Shown: in pieces, positions 25,183 through 38,119 of the stretch
Position numbering within the stretch: position 1 is the stretch's first letter
Layout: each line of letters begins with the position of its first letter
Source: Bilabrum cf. latius
Lineage: Eukaryota
Length of the DNA stretch: 64,000 nt
Direction: 5' to 3'
Assembly: GCA_965178125.1 (NCBI GenBank)
Contig: OZ237769.1
Coordinates: 62,001-126,000 of the forward strand
Translations under genes and position numbers: made by a program
Notes under the pieces: generated by a model
What the model saw: the letters and a program-made list of their open reading frames with translations, nothing else
The model's database searches: none
What the model was told of the DNA's origin: nothing

Positions 25183-28100
25183 TCACTTGCTGTCAAGAAG
25201 ACTCTCCGCATACGCCGCCACTCGATCACACAGGTCTGGCGAGCGGTGCCTGGCCCTGTGCTCGGCACACACCTTCCGCACGTACTCCGGATCTGCCCGC
25301 GCGGCTGTCCTAAGCCCAAGCTCGCACGCGGCCTGCACCTCCCGGTCAGGATCATCCGCATGCAGCGCCAGCGTGTCCGCCGTGAGCTCCACCGGCTGCC
25401 CCCGGATCGCCGATGGCCGCGCAAGCCGCAGCAGCAGGGCCGCGGCACAGGCCCCGTCCACTCTCAGCTCGTCGTGCGCATCGTCCAGCCGCTGCAGCAG
25501 GGGGTGGCACACAGAGCGCACCCCCTCGTCCGTCAGACGCACGCCCGCGGCCGCCGCCGCCCGCAGCACAGCCGCCATCAGCCTCACCGCCGCTTTTCGC
25601 GTGCGGCCGTCTTCGTCATCGAGGGCTGATCCCGCCGCTTTCAGCAGCACGCCAGCACACGCCGCCCCTGCCTGGTGCCCCTGCAGCCCCACCCCGCCTT
25701 CGCTCCCAGGGAACAAACGGCCCGCATCGTCCTCCTTGACCTCCATCTTCTCCTCCTCCTCGCGGTTCACCTTACCGCTCCGCTGGTCCCGTGGGGTCCA
25801 GCCGGGCCAGACTCTATTCAAGCCAAGCCCCAGGGCCGCCCGCAGCGGCTCCCTCCCCGCCGGCCCCAGGATCCCGGCCTCCACCAGCCGCAGGGCAGCT
25901 GTGAGTGCCAGCCGCCGCAGGGTGGCTGCCTCGGCCCCTGGCCTCCACGCTGCGGCGGGGGCCAGCCCGTCCCGAAGCAGCGCCAGCGCACCGGGGACCA
26001 GGGCCACGGCGGCCCTGTCGGCGGTGACCAACGTTGGCGGCAGCAGCAGGGGCTGTCCCCCGAGCCATCGACCGAACGATGCACCAGCGCCGGCATGCAC
26101 ATCGCCCCGACTGACATCCGCCGCGCCTGCACCGCCCCCAGCCCCAGCCGGGCCTTCTCCTGCCTTCCCCTTCCCCGAGTCGCCTGCACCTGCCCCTGCC
26201 GCCGCCCCCGCAGCATCCGCAGCCGCGTCCCTGCCCCTAAGGTGTGCCAAGGCAGCGATGGCAGCCAGCCGGGCGTCTTCGTGGGCGGAAGCGGCAGGGG
26301 ACGCAGATGATCCCGCGGTGTCTGCCGGCGGAGCCTTGCCCGCGGCAGGATCGGCCATCACTGGGTGCCCCGCCTGGCTCCGGGTCACCACCTTTGCCCG
26401 CTGCTGCTGGGCCTGGGCCAGCGCGTCGCCAACGTCGAACAGGAGCGCCAGCATCGCGCCGCGGAGCGCGCTCGGTCGCGTGGGTCGCAGCGCGTGCAGC
26501 GCAATGCGCACGATGGCAGTGGGGCGCGCGGACCCCGCCCCAGGTCGAGCTACAGCCTCTGGGGCAGTCCGCAGCAGCGCCGCCAAGCCCCTGAACGTGG
26601 ACGAGCGCGGCGACCAGCCATCTGTGGCTGCATCCCGCTCGGCGGCTTTAACCACCCCCTCGGCGCTATCGTGGATCAGGCTCGCGCAAGCCTCCCGCCC
26701 ATCCGGGATCGCAGACCCGCCGGTGGCACCCCCGCCTGCACCCGCCCCTGCGTGTGCCAGCCTGCAGATGCAGACAGCCGCTCCCCGCGCCACTGCAAGG
26801 GGACCCTCCGCCTCGCCACCCCTTGCCCCGGGGTGAGGCAAAGAGGGCCGCAGGAGAGGCAGCAGCGCCCTGCAGAGCGGAAGCCGCACAGCCGCTGCCG
26901 CGAGCGGGCTGCCTTTGGCCAGGTGATCCAGATCGGTGCCAGTGTCACTCCCCCCCGCGTAGGCTGCAGCAAAGGTCTCTGCGCTGGCCCAGGCTTTCTC
27001 CACTGGAGCCTGCTTCCCAGCAGCGCTGCTTTTTCCCTAAGACACCGCTCCCTCCGCAGAGGGTTCTGCATCTGCACCAGTCCCGCTCTCGGCGGCCCTG
27101 GACTCGCCCGCTGCTGCCGGCCGCTCTACGGGATCCTCGCGGCCTCCCGCCTCGCCGGCTCGGATGACAGCCAGCGCACCTCCCACCACAGCGGCGCCCA
27201 TGCCCACCACGGGCCCACCGTCCCCCGCCCCTCTCTCCTCCCCCCCTTCGAGCAATCCCGCGCTGCCAAGAGCCCCGGCCAGCGCAGGCAGCACCGGCGC
27301 TGCCTGTCGCCCGCCCATCCCGTCCAGCACCCACCCGGCTGCTCGAATGGCCCTGCCCCGCTGGGCGATCGGGACCACCCTCCCATCTCCAGACACCCCT
27401 GCTGCTGCCCCCTTGGACTCCGAGGCCTCCTCCTTGCGCCCTCCCCTGGCTTGCCCCTCAATCAGGGGACAGGCCCTCTCCAGCAACACCCACTCCCCAC
27501 ACCTGGCGCCCAGCAGAGCGCCGGCATCCCGCAGCAGGGGACCCACCTCGACCTCCCCCGCGCGATCCGCAACGCCCTCCAGCACGTCCCACACCACCCC
27601 CGCACACCCGGCCAGGGCAGTCTACCCGCTGACTGCCACCAGCACCCGCAGCAGCCGCGCCCCGCTGGCGCGCTGGTCTGCCTGCCAGGAGGTCGCCCCG
27701 CTGGCCGCCTGCCGGACCAGCTGTCTGCATGCGGCTCCCACGAGAGCCCCCAAAGCAGCGGAGGGGGGCCCGCAGCGCGCCTGCTGCTGCTGCTGCTGCT
27801 GCTGCTGGGCACTATCAACGGCTTCCTTGCCTTCCACCGTGCTTGCGCTCGTTCCAGATGCGCTTGGATTCGGTCCAGCCACGCCGCAGAACGGAAACGG
27901 CAGCTCGATGGCAGCAGGCCCGCTGGAACATGCACCCCCTTCGGACACGCAAGCCCCCGTCTCTGCGGCCCACGCAGATGCGACCCCTTCTGCTCTGCTG
28001 CGGCCCAGTGCTGCCACCTCGGGCGAAGGGTCCTGGGTCAGGCAGAGCAGCAGCGCCAGCAATCGCAGCGGGACAGACCTCTCTGCGGCCCTGGAAGCGC

Positions 28101-29221
28101 CTCCGTCCACCGCTCCGGCTGCGCCTGCACCTGCACCACCGGTCACTCTATCGGAGGCCCCACCAGCGGCAGGTGCCACTGCCCCGGCGAGTCCCAGCGG
28201 ACCGGGCCCCAGCCCCAGCAGCAGCTCTGCCGCTGTCCTCGCCAGCTCCAATCGCGCCCCCACTGACCTGTCGCCCTCCATCTTCACCAGCGCGGGCAGC
28301 ACCACCTCCACGGCGATCTTGCTCCTTGCCTCCCCGCACAGGGGCAGGCACGAGCCCAGGGCCCGGGCCCCTGCCGCCCGCACGGCAGCCCGCTGGTGCC
28401 CGCAGCACGCTGCCAGGGCCCCGCACACGCGGCCCATCACAGCGTGCAGGTGCAGTCGCAGCCCCATGCCCGGTCTGCAGGCCAGCAGCGCCGCGTCCGT
28501 CGCAAGCATCTTGGCCTCTGGAAAAGCGTCCAGTGCTGCGTGCTCCAGCACCTTGCCTAGCTCCCCCACACGAGAGGCCAGCACAGAGGCCAGCGCGGGG
28601 GGTGCAGAGGGCAGCGCCAGCAAGCAGCGGACGGCCCGCAGCAGGGCGCGCCTGACCTCCTCGGTGCCCTCCAGGGGGGGAGTGCTGCCCAGGCGATCCG
28701 ATGCAGCGACCAGGAGCGGGCCGGCGAGGATGGCAGTGCGGCTAGGGCCACCGGGCTGGGGAGCAGCGGCGCTCTGCCCACCTGCTAGCTTCACGTCGTG
28801 AGCCACTGCCGCCTGCGACACGAGAGCCAAAAGTTGAGCCGCGCCTTCCCGCACACCCTCGGCCGAATCAGACAATGCCGATGTCAATGCTGGAATACAA
28901 GCTTCGGCACGAACCCAGGCTTCCTAGTGCTGCGGCATGAAAATGGCAGTGCATGGCAGGCGAGGCGGCAGCGTCTAGCTAGCGAGGTATAGAAGCAACG
29001 GCAACTTGGGATGCCATAACTCTTACCTCAGCAGCATCGTGCGAGAGATGCAGCGCCTATAATTGTTCCTTAAGGATCCGCAGTCCAGTCATTCTTGTCG
29101 ACCTGTCTGCATCTCCAAGGGAGTTCAAAGCCCTGCGCAAGTTCGAGGACTGCACGGGTCCCGCAGCTGCATTGATAGAGCCACTATCATGCCCCGAGGA
29201 GAGAGGTACATCATCAGACAT
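25183..29221 (-). CDS. DNAAF5: Dynein axonemal assembly factor 5 (HEATR2-like HEAT-repeat protein), about 1313 aa, 2 exons
   Basis: Exons 29221-29027 and 28929-25183 (intron GTAAGA...CCGCAG). LRRALNSLGDADRSTR, ALSDSAEGVRE, PPLEGTEEVRRALL, LLQRLDDAHDELR, LHADDPDREVQ and C-terminal HRSPDLC resemble HEATR2 as I recall the family. TAGs at about 29057, 28924, 27622 and 27037; ends TGA. Confidence 0.72.
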
Positions 29222-29331
29222 AACAAAATTGATCTGTGATGCTTGCTATAACCAACACAATTTTCGTGGTGCGGATACGGTCCGTTGCGGGCCACGGCCG
29301 CAAACACGATACCAAACCGGAATCCTACTAG

Positions 29332-31017
29332 TCATCGCAGCCCGCCGGCGAACAGCCACGACGCTTGCGACAGAGCGCCCCCTGATGCCATGTGCTCGTG
29401 GCGCTTGATGCACCCGCTGGATTCCCTCCCGCTAGCCCCCTCTTTTTCCTCGCTGCCAGCCGCCTCCGCTCCCGGCTTGGCGGGCCACTCCTGCCCGATC
29501 CGAGGCCCCAGCCCCCGATGGACCGCCCCCGGGGCCCCCGCCCCCGCTGCCACGAGAAACGGCAAGAAGTGTTCTGGGCTCGGGTGCATTGTCCCCGCAT
29601 GCGGGCCCAGCGACTGCCACTGCGCCAGCTCACGGGCCGCGACCGCCGCTCCATCCACTCCCCCCTTGGCCCCTGCCTCTCCCTCTGCATCTGCATCCCT
29701 GGCCATTGGCTCGACCAGCCGGCTGAACCTCGTGTCCAGCCATGTCTCAAACTCTCGGGCCCAAGAAAACACGCTCCCATGTCTCATTGGGGTTGGATCC
29801 GGGGGATCCTCTCGCTTCAACCGGTCAAACCCGCTGCCTAGCCGATGCCCCGCGGACCCACTGCCCACGATGAGCACTCCTTGTTCCCTGAGGGGGGCCA
29901 GGGCCGCCCCCATCCTCAAGTGGTCGTCCCCTCTGAGCCCAGGGTGCAGGGAGAGCACTGCCACGGGAATAGGGTGGGATTTGCTCTCCTCCTCTTTGTC
30001 AGTCCTGCCCTCCTTGTCCTCTTTGTCAGTCCTGCCCTCCTTGTCCTCTTTGTCAGTCCTGCCCTCCTTGTCCTCTTTGTCAGTCCTGCCCTCCTTGTCC
30101 TCTTTGTCAGTCCTGCCCTCCTTGTCCTCTTTGCCAGTCCTGCCCTCCTTGTCCTCTTTGTCAGTCCTGCCCTCCTTGTCCTCTTTGTCAGTCCTGCCCT
30201 CCTTGTCCTCTTTGTCAGTCCTGCCCTCCTTCTGCTTCTTGTAGTACCCCTGGCTCATGGCTAGCAAGGGCACGAACACCCCGTGGTCCCATCCACGGGC
30301 ATCGTCCTCCCATGTGCTGGCCCCCGCCTCCTGCCGCAGCAGCCGCAGCGCCTCGCGTGCCACGCCCAGTGCCACCGGGTGTCTCTTGGGGTCAACCGAT
30401 ACCCTGAAGGAGTCGGGGGGAAAGCCGTAGTAGTCGAACAGCAGACGGGGACTTGAGAGCGTGCTCGCCGCGATGCTAGATGCAGCCATGCTCGCCTCAG
30501 GCCGCTCCCGAGCACTTGCTCTGCTCCCATCATGATCAGCCTCGCTGGTGCCAGCACCGGCTTTTGGCGCGGCCAACACTTCGGAGCTGTTTGATTCTAT
30601 TGGATGCGCCACGGCTCCTTTTGATTATGCTGTTTTATCAAGTCCATCCCTCGCTCCACCCGCCGAGGCGCCGTCCTTTTCGTCGTCCGACGACGGTACG
30701 GTGATGGGCTGCCCGCGATGGCCACCCTGCACTGCAGCGCTCCAGCCCGAGGAACGAAGCTCTCGAGGAGTGCCGTCTCTGACTGGCTTGTGAGGTGCAT
30801 CCCAGTGCGCAGAAACGAAGAGAATAGCCTTCACATCGCCGTGCTTCTTCTGCACGTCCCGAATCAATCCACCCAGCGAGCGCGCGGTGGACTGGCCAGG
30901 GCCGAGGTAGCCGAATCCAAGATCCAAGCCATTCGCGATTCCAAATGAAGGACCGCCACCGTGTGAAAGTCCTACGGCTGGAAGACTGTCAGGTTCACTC
31001 GTTGAAATGGCTGCCAT
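29332..31017 (-). CDS. Extradiol ring-cleavage dioxygenase, LigB/DODA (4,5-DOPA dioxygenase-like), with an in-frame TAA at 30625-30627
   Basis: LSHGGGP, ILFVSAHW, LFDYYGFP, RGWDHGVFVPL, IPVAVLSL, GAALAPLREQGVLIVGSG and HPSPEHFLP all lie in one frame; ends TGA 29332. Confidence 0.82.
29992..30231 (-). repeat. 27-bp coding minisatellite, about 9 copies, encoding KEGRTDKED
   Basis: Unit ctctttgtcagtcctgccctccttgtc with period 27; one variant copy at 30127. Confidence 0.95.
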
Positions 31018-31284
31018 CGAAATTGCGGGAATACTCTAGATCGATCTACTGCAACTGATACAAATACTTGCTATCACGGCATTCACAGCAGCAACACACG
31101 TACCCACAATATTACTAGAACTTGTTTATGCTAGATAATGCAAAAAGTAGTACCAACTAAACTCTACTTCCGAGCCGAAATGTGCCACATCCCGAACCCA
31201 AAGGTCGCCAGTATTGTACAGTGCGTTTTCACAAAATGATACCGGCGGAAGGATCTGGTTAAGTTCAAATACTTCTGAACGACA

Positions 31285-33383
31285 ATGGCCGGTGCAGCAG
31301 GAAGTGGTGCCGCAAGTGCAAAAGCTCCGGTGGAGCCGGAGGGACTTGGCGAAAGCCATGCAGGTCACGACCAAATTGCTATCCTTGACTTCGGGTCGCA
31401 ATACTCGCACCTCATCGCACGAAGAATTAGGGGTTAGGACCACACTAAGCGGACTGCCTGCTTCTTGGCTTGCTTAATTATACATTTATGCAATCATTAC
31501 ATAGTTGCTGCCATTCGCAGAGCTCGGAGTGTACTGTGAAATGCACTCTTGCCTGATCAGCGCTGAGGACCTGTTTGCCGAGCCGAAGGGATCCAGCATC
31601 AAGGGCGTTATCTTTAGCGGCGGGCCATTCTCTGTATACGAAGATGGCGCACCTCATGTGGATGAAGGTATGTGTTCCCCATCGCATTCCAAGTCGATCG
31701 TTTCAATCGGGTCGCGGAGCACAGTTGCACTTGTATCGGCCAAGGTGCGATCGGCCCGTCCACTCAAATCTCGTGTTGACTCGCAGGAATCTTGAAAGTC
31801 ATCGAGGAAAAGAAGTTGCCACTTCTAGGAATTTGCTACGGCTTCTAGGAACTCGTGAGAAAAGCCAGCGTGCTGTTTTGCATGCTCCGTGCCCACTGCA
31901 GTGCCTCTCGCGCTACCGTGCACACGCGGCAAACGGGATTAGCAAGCAGTGCCATGCGGGCTTTCAATTAGTATTACGCGCGTATTATTCGCAGATGCAC
32001 CGCGGCGGAGGCAAGGTGGAGGCAGCATCGGAGAGGGAGTATGGGCACGCCGTGCTGGACCTGGCGGACGGAGCCGAGAAGACGCAGCTGCTCGGGGCAG
32101 TGCTGGAGGGACAGGCCAAGGCTGCAGAGGCGGCCAAGGAGCAGGGCGCGGCCGCCCCCGCCCCCGGCGTGCAGGTGTGGATGTCCCACGGTGACAAGGT
32201 GACGGCACTGGCGGAGGGATGGGAGACTCTGGCCAAGACGAGGGACTGCGCCCAGGCTGTGGCGTGGTGCCCCAGCAAGCGGAGGTACGGGATCTAGTTC
32301 CACCCGGAGGTCTCCCATACCCCCTGCGGCTTGGACATCCTCCGTGGGTTTGTGCTGGGCGAGTGCACGTGCGGGGCGGACTGGAGCATGAGCGCCTTTC
32401 TGGACGAGGCCGTCAAGGAGATCAGGGCCAAGGTGGGCGAGGAGGCCCACGTGATTGGGGCTGTGTCAGGGGGCGTGGACAGCACGGTGGCGGCCGTGCT
32501 GATGAACCGTGCCATCGGCAAGCGGTTCCACGCCGTCATGGTAGACAACGGGCTGCTGCGGCTGGACGAGGCCGCCCAGTGCAAGCAGAGGCTGGGTGAC
32601 GAGTGCGGGGTGGACATCACCGTGGTGGACGCGTCGGAGCGATTCCTGGGGGAGCTGGCCGGGGTGGACGACCCGGAGCGGAAAAGGAAGATCATCGGCA
32701 ACACGTTCATCCACATCTTCGAGGCCGAGGCGGAGTCCATCGACAAGAGGGTCAAGGAGGAGGCGGGCAAGAAAGAGGGGGGCGAGTCTCTTGTGCAATT
32801 CCTGCTGCAAGGGACGCTGTACCCCGACGTGATCGAGAGCGTGTCCTTCAAGGGGCCCAGCGCGACCATCAAGTCGCACCACAACGTGGGGGGGCTGCTG
32901 GACCACATGAAGCTGGGGCTCATCGAGCCGCTGAGGGAGCTCTTCAAGGATGAGGTGCGGGCCTTGGGCATGGAGATGGGGCTGCCCAGGAGCAGCGTGT
33001 TCAGGCACCCTTTCCCCGGGCCCGGGCTGGCCATCCGCGTGCTGGGTGCGGTGTCCAAGGAGTCGTGCGACATCTTGCGTCAGGCCGACAAGATCTATCT
33101 CGACGAGCTGCACGCATCGGGGGAGTACGACAAGATCGGGCAGGCATTCGCGGTGCTGCTGCCCTGCAAGAGCGTGGGCGTGATGGGAGACGGGCGCACG
33201 TACGAGCAGGTCGTGGCTCTGCGCGCAGCTGCCACGACTGACTTTATGACGGCGGACTGGCACCGCATGCCTTATGAGGTGCTGGCCAAGTCGAGCACGA
33301 GGATCATCAACGAGGTTAAGGGGGTCAACAGGGTGTGCTACGATGTGAGCTCCAAGCCGCCGGCCACCATCGAATGGGAGTGA
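31285..33383 (+). CDS. GMPS: GMP synthase (glutamine-hydrolysing), about 583 aa, 4 exons
   Basis: Exons 31285-31432, 31521-31667, 31787-31854, 31995-33383. [91 protein letters not shown]; ends TGA. Confidence 0.97.
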
Positions 33384-33631
33384 TCGCCGATCCTGGATCG
33401 GAGTGCATAGATGCCGCGGAGTGTACGAGCGGGCCTTGCTATACCTTTTGGGGCTTGCCGTGCCGTTATTAATACTAGTACGATCACAAACGTAACCAAT
33501 GTAGTACCCTGTATACCCTGATCCTCGATTGGCGATAGCACACGCAGCTACAAACTCCCGGATTCCCCGCGGGCCGAATGATCCCGTGCTCCAGTGAATC
33601 CAGCAGCCTGACACTACAGTGCAGTGCAACT

Positions 33632-36600
33632 TCACTGCGGGGTCAGGCGCACAGCGGCGCAGTCGTGCCCCGGCACTGCCTTGGCCACGAACTGTCCCTT
33701 GGCTGTGCCCTGGTCCCTGCCCGCCCACAGGTCTCTCACACTGGCGACTGTTCCCTCGGGCAGGCCCAGGTCGGTCCAGGAGCACGTCACGTCTCCAGGC
33801 ACGGTGGCTCGGTTGATGAGCACAGCCCCGATGCTGCCGTCGGTCATGTTCTTGGCCCAGCACTCGGGCCCCTCCGGACTGGCTGTCGACACCCTGCCTC
33901 CCTGCAGGCCGCCCTTGTATCGGGATAGGTCCAGCACCTCCCCTGCCTTGAGGATGGCCAGAGCCCCAGGGTCCATGGACCGCAGAGAGGCCCCGATGAG
34001 CATGTTGGACGAGGTGATGATCCAGCTGGCAAACTGCACGCGGGACTCGCCGAGGGTAAGGCCCCCAGGGTCGCCCACCTCGAGCATCTGCGAGCAATCA
34101 AAGAGTGAAGAAAAGGAGCGGTGGAGAGTGGAAAGGCGCAGCACTATCGGCTGCATGGGAGGAGAAACAGCACAGCATTGCAACGCGGAAGGAACACGAT
34201 GAGCAAGCAGGCGAATAGCGGCGCCTTGTGAATCGATCCATGCATCCATCCATCCAACTGCGAATCAATTCGCTCTCACGTCTGCGTCGTTGAAGTGCCC
34301 CGGCCGCATCACGGGCTTCATCAGGTTGTTGGTCTCGAGGTTGGCCATGATTGAGTTCCAGTTGGCCTGCACGTCCCCGTGCGTCCTCCAGCTGTTGGCC
34401 ACGTCAGGGATCCACTCTCCGCATCCGGACGGTGACCCGCAGCTCTCGACCGACTGGAAGATGGCGTGCTGCCTCTGCGAGTAGCACTCGTCGAAGGCCT
34501 GCTTGAACAGGATCCACGACTGGTTGAGCGCGGGCCAGCCCGCACCCCCGCAGTGGTCGATCTTGAGATAGTCGATGTCCCAGCCGCAGTACGTGGCCCC
34601 GTCGATCAGCTCGTGCTTGTACGATCCAGGCCTCTTCTGGCAGGTGAACTCGCGCTGGGCCGTGTACAGCCCGAACTTTAGTCCCTTCGAGTGGCAGTAG
34701 TCGGCCAGCGCGCGCATGCCCGTCGGGAACCGCACCGGGTCCGGGACGATGGTCCCATTCGGGAACCTGTCCGCCTGCCAGGCGTCGTCCAGATTCACGT
34801 ATTCGTACCCCAGGTCCTTGAGCCCCATCGACACGAACTCGTCGGCGATCTGCCGGATGAGTCTCTCCGACAGAGAGGCGTGGAAGGAGTTCCAGGTGTT
34901 GAGGCCCAGGGGGGGCGAGGGCCACAGCGCGCTGGCGTTCGGGGCCGAGTGCACCGCACTGCCGCGCAGCAGACCAAGCCGCACGCCGCGCTCCGCCGCT
35001 TGGCGTCGCTGCTGCATGCTCGGGCGGGCAGCCTGCCTGCCGATTTTCTCGTGGGCCCGCTGCCCCCTCCGCTGGTGGTCCTGCTGCCTCACGGCCAGCA
35101 GCATCGAATCGCGCCGCGCCTCCGCCTCTGCCTCGGCGGCCGTCCGCAGGTCCCAGCTTCCTTGGATGGAAAGGTGTGACGAGTGAGCCAGGCTCACGTT
35201 GGCGGACTGCCCGATGGCCGGGATCCCGTTCCCGTTCAAGATCACGCACTGAGGGTAGTCCGCGCTGTGCACGCGCACATCGACAGAGGCAGGCGCACCC
35301 CCCTGCGACAGGACGCGGAGCGCGCCCGCGGGGAGGTGGTCAAACCGGAACTAGGCGGTAGACCGGGCAGGCAGCCCGGGCGCCGTGGGATCGGTGGGCT
35401 GGTTGACCTGCACGAGGGAGCCGTTCACGCAAGCGGTCTCCCCAGGCATGACGGTGCCCACTGGGCTGCACAGCTGCACCATGGCCGTGGGGTCGCCCTT
35501 CCTGGCGGGCGCACAGCACGCTGTGCATTCAGCGGTGTCGTTGATGGCCAGCCCGTCGCTGTACTGGAACTCAACGGACAGATCCACGGGGCCCTGCGCC
35601 TGTCCCTGCAGCTGCATGGACACGATCGATGGACCGGACCAGTTGGCGGCCCCGGGGGCCTGCTGCGCGTAGGCCGTGTGGAGAGTGGCGAGGGCGAGTC
35701 TGCGGGCGACCTCTGCCTTGCGCCTCGAATGAATGGCGCCCATCGGTGCAGTGGGGTCGCCCTTGTCTAGCGCAGGGGCCACCCCGGTGGTGTCCACTGG
35801 CCCGAACGGCTTAGGCAGCGTCATGGCCTGGGCCTCGCGGATGTGAGTGATGTTGCCGCTGTCAAAGTAGGCCGCCAGCTGAACGTAGTTGAAACCGAAG
35901 TCGCCCAGGTCCCATGCATCCCTCCACCCGTTGATCATGCTGGCGAACCGGCAGGCGTACGTGTGACGAGTGTCCGAGACCACGTCGGCCTCTCCCTGGA
36001 ACCAGAGCACGGACCGGAAGGCCTTGCCGATGAGGGGGTGGATCATCGCGTTGTACAGCACCGAATCGTTGTGCGGGCCGCCCAAACTAGTTCCGGTTTC
36101 GAGATCCAGGCCCAGGCGGGTCGCCAGCTCCTCCGGCTGCAGGCCGGCCTTGAGCGCCTCGGCTGCCAGAGCGGCTGGCTCGACGGGGGTGCCGGCTGGA
36201 CGAGAGGAATAGGAAGAGGAAGAGGAAGACGCGTCCCGATTTGCACCCCTTCCAAATGCTTTATCCTCATCGACCTGCTGTCCATCGAAGGGGCACGGCT
36301 CGCTGAGCATCTGCTCGCTCATCCACGCCTCCACGGGTGTCCCGCCCCACGCCGACTGGATGAGGCCCAGCGGGCGGGTGCCGGAGTGCAGGTCAGCGAT
36401 CTCGGTCGCTGTCAAGTAGCAAACGGCAGAGAAGTGAGGGATGGTCTTAGGCGAGACGATCTCCCACGATCCGCTGGCGGTGGTGATGGGCGTGTCGGAT
36501 GCGTTGAGACCGACCTGGAAGATGCGCATGTAGGACGAGCGGTGGACCGAGGCGTTGATTGCTTCCTGCCCACCGAACACGTAGCTGAGTGGCAGTGCCA

Positions 36601-37119
36601 TATTTGACTACCCCGAGCACAAGATGACGTCACCGCTGAGCACCCCATTCGCCTATGCGGTCTCGCCACCCTGGGTGATTATCTTGAAGGTGCCTTCGTG
36701 ATTGGCTGCCTCCGGGTTGACCTGGATGCTAAAGTATCCGTCCGAGGAACTTGCCGTCGTATTGTATGTCGTAGATGCCCCCGAGACGCACGGTGATTCT
36801 CCCGAATAGTCCGCCTCATGGCAGTCTTTATTCTTCCATGCGACGGAGAGCTCTACCCATTCGCTCGGCTCAGCCCAGCCCCAGACAAAGTCTCGGGACC
36901 CAAATTCTGCATTTGTTTGCCTGCGATGATGTGATGGTGCATCGCGGGGTATATTTCGCGTTGCAGTCCGCATGGCTCCAGTAATCGGAACCGTACACAC
37001 GAGCATTCCGTATAACGGCACGCTCACCAGACCATATTGTCTCCAAACAGGGGTGACATCCTAAGAGAGAATGCGCCATAGATTGAAATCGATGCCAATA
37101 CGGTTCTTAGGGGGTGCAT
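33632..37119 (-). CDS. Probably secreted fusion of sialate O-acetylesterase (SASA/SGNH) and GH27 alpha-galactosidase, about 1062 aa, 3 exons
   Basis: Exons 37119-37028, 36920-34280, 34087-33632. Esterase: LFGDNMVWQ, VWGWA, GDVILCSG*SNM, FSAVCY, AWGGTPVEAW, LYNAMIHPL, WFQGE, VQLA, IHSRRK. GH27: PPLGLNTWN, YVNLDDAW, DYLKIDHC, SWRT, NDAD|MLEVG, VRDLW. The two halves are joined across TAG 35351; ends TGA. Confidence 0.85.
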
Positions 37120-37202
37120 GGCGAACAGGGAATCGATTGTATCCAGCCAATAATCCAGCGGCCCGTGGCTTCAACTTGAAGGAACCTTCGTGAACACCAC
37201 GG

Positions 37203-38119
37203 TCACTTCCCATCTGCTTTCACCAGCCCCTTTTCGACCGCGATGATCCTCAGCCGCTTTGCCTCCCGCTCGGCCGCAGCTACCTCCAGCTCCAGTCGTC
37301 CGCTCGCACCCATGCCCTCCCCCCACTGCCTCGCCAGCCGCTTCAGCGACCCAGCCACCCCCTCCGCCCTCCTCTTCCGGTTTAGATTCACCCGCGCCAC
37401 CTGCACCTGCGCCGCCTCCACCGAGGCCTCCACCGAGGCTCGCATAGAAGCCGCCTGCTCCGCCGCCCGCTCCCAGGCGGCCCCCCCCAGCGCCCCCTGC
37501 AGAGCCCCGTGCCGCTCCGCCAGCCGGGCCTCCTCCAGGAGACCTCTCAGGTGCTGCACTGAGCCGTGCCAGGCCGCGATGCGGTCATGGGTCATGGCAC
37601 CGCTAGAGGAGCTGGCTGCTGGAGTGGGTGCCGCCAGGTCGGCGGCATCGTCGGATGCCAAGGCAGAGGCCATCGCGCTCCCTGCTGCGGCCGGGGCTTG
37701 GGACGATACTCCAGACGGCAGGGACGGCATCACGATCCCCCGAACAGTGGTGGGCTATCCAGATCCTTGAGAATCAACTGTTCGCTTCAGTTCGGTCCTA
37801 GCGAAGTCACTACTAAGCTCCGTCGAGCCGCTAGGGAGATCAGCCAGATAATCGCGCTGCTCCATAGAAAGCATCTCAGCCCGAATGAGGTCCTATGCAG
37901 CCTTAGAGGCATCTGAGGCAGCCTGCAGCCCATAGCAAGGGATAATTACATGCTGTTCACGGTTGATAATTTATTTAGCAAATATAGCAACGGGGGTAAG
38001 GAGTACATTAAGCACGACACCCTCACTGCATCATCTGCGTATCCAATAGCATCAATCACAGCATCGCCTCGAATGTCTGCGAGTAAAGCATCAAAAGCCT
38101 GGTGTGCGCTGCCAGACAT
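37203..38119 (-). CDS. SPF27: Pre-mRNA splicing factor SPF27/BCAS2-like, about 270 aa, 2 exons
   Basis: Exons 38119-38027 and 37922-37203. IDAIGYAD (cf. DALPYID), AA*DLIRAEM...DYLADLP, and C-terminal VNLNRKRR...LKRLARQW...LELEV. Two in-frame TAGs; ends TGA. Confidence 0.65.

Noticed and set aside
19397-28801. Long plus-strand ORFs (19397-20884, 24842-26836, 26365-28266, 27164-28801) and similar shadows elsewhere, e.g. 32466-34097 minus
   Set aside because: Antisense or alternate-frame shadows of real genes in GC-rich DNA; Ser/Ala/Pro/Arg-rich with no recognisable motifs.
15047-32297. Small introns removing the TAG codons
   Set aside because: At DEI*LL and YGI*FHPEV the family motif is contiguous on both sides, leaving no room for an intron.
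31846-36610. Pyrrolysine insertion or A-to-I editing (UAG to Trp) as the explanation for TAG
   Set aside because: The conserved positions call for Gln, not Trp or Pyl, and Pyl is not known in eukaryotes. U-to-C editing cannot be excluded from DNA alone, but it is less parsimonious for about 100 sites.
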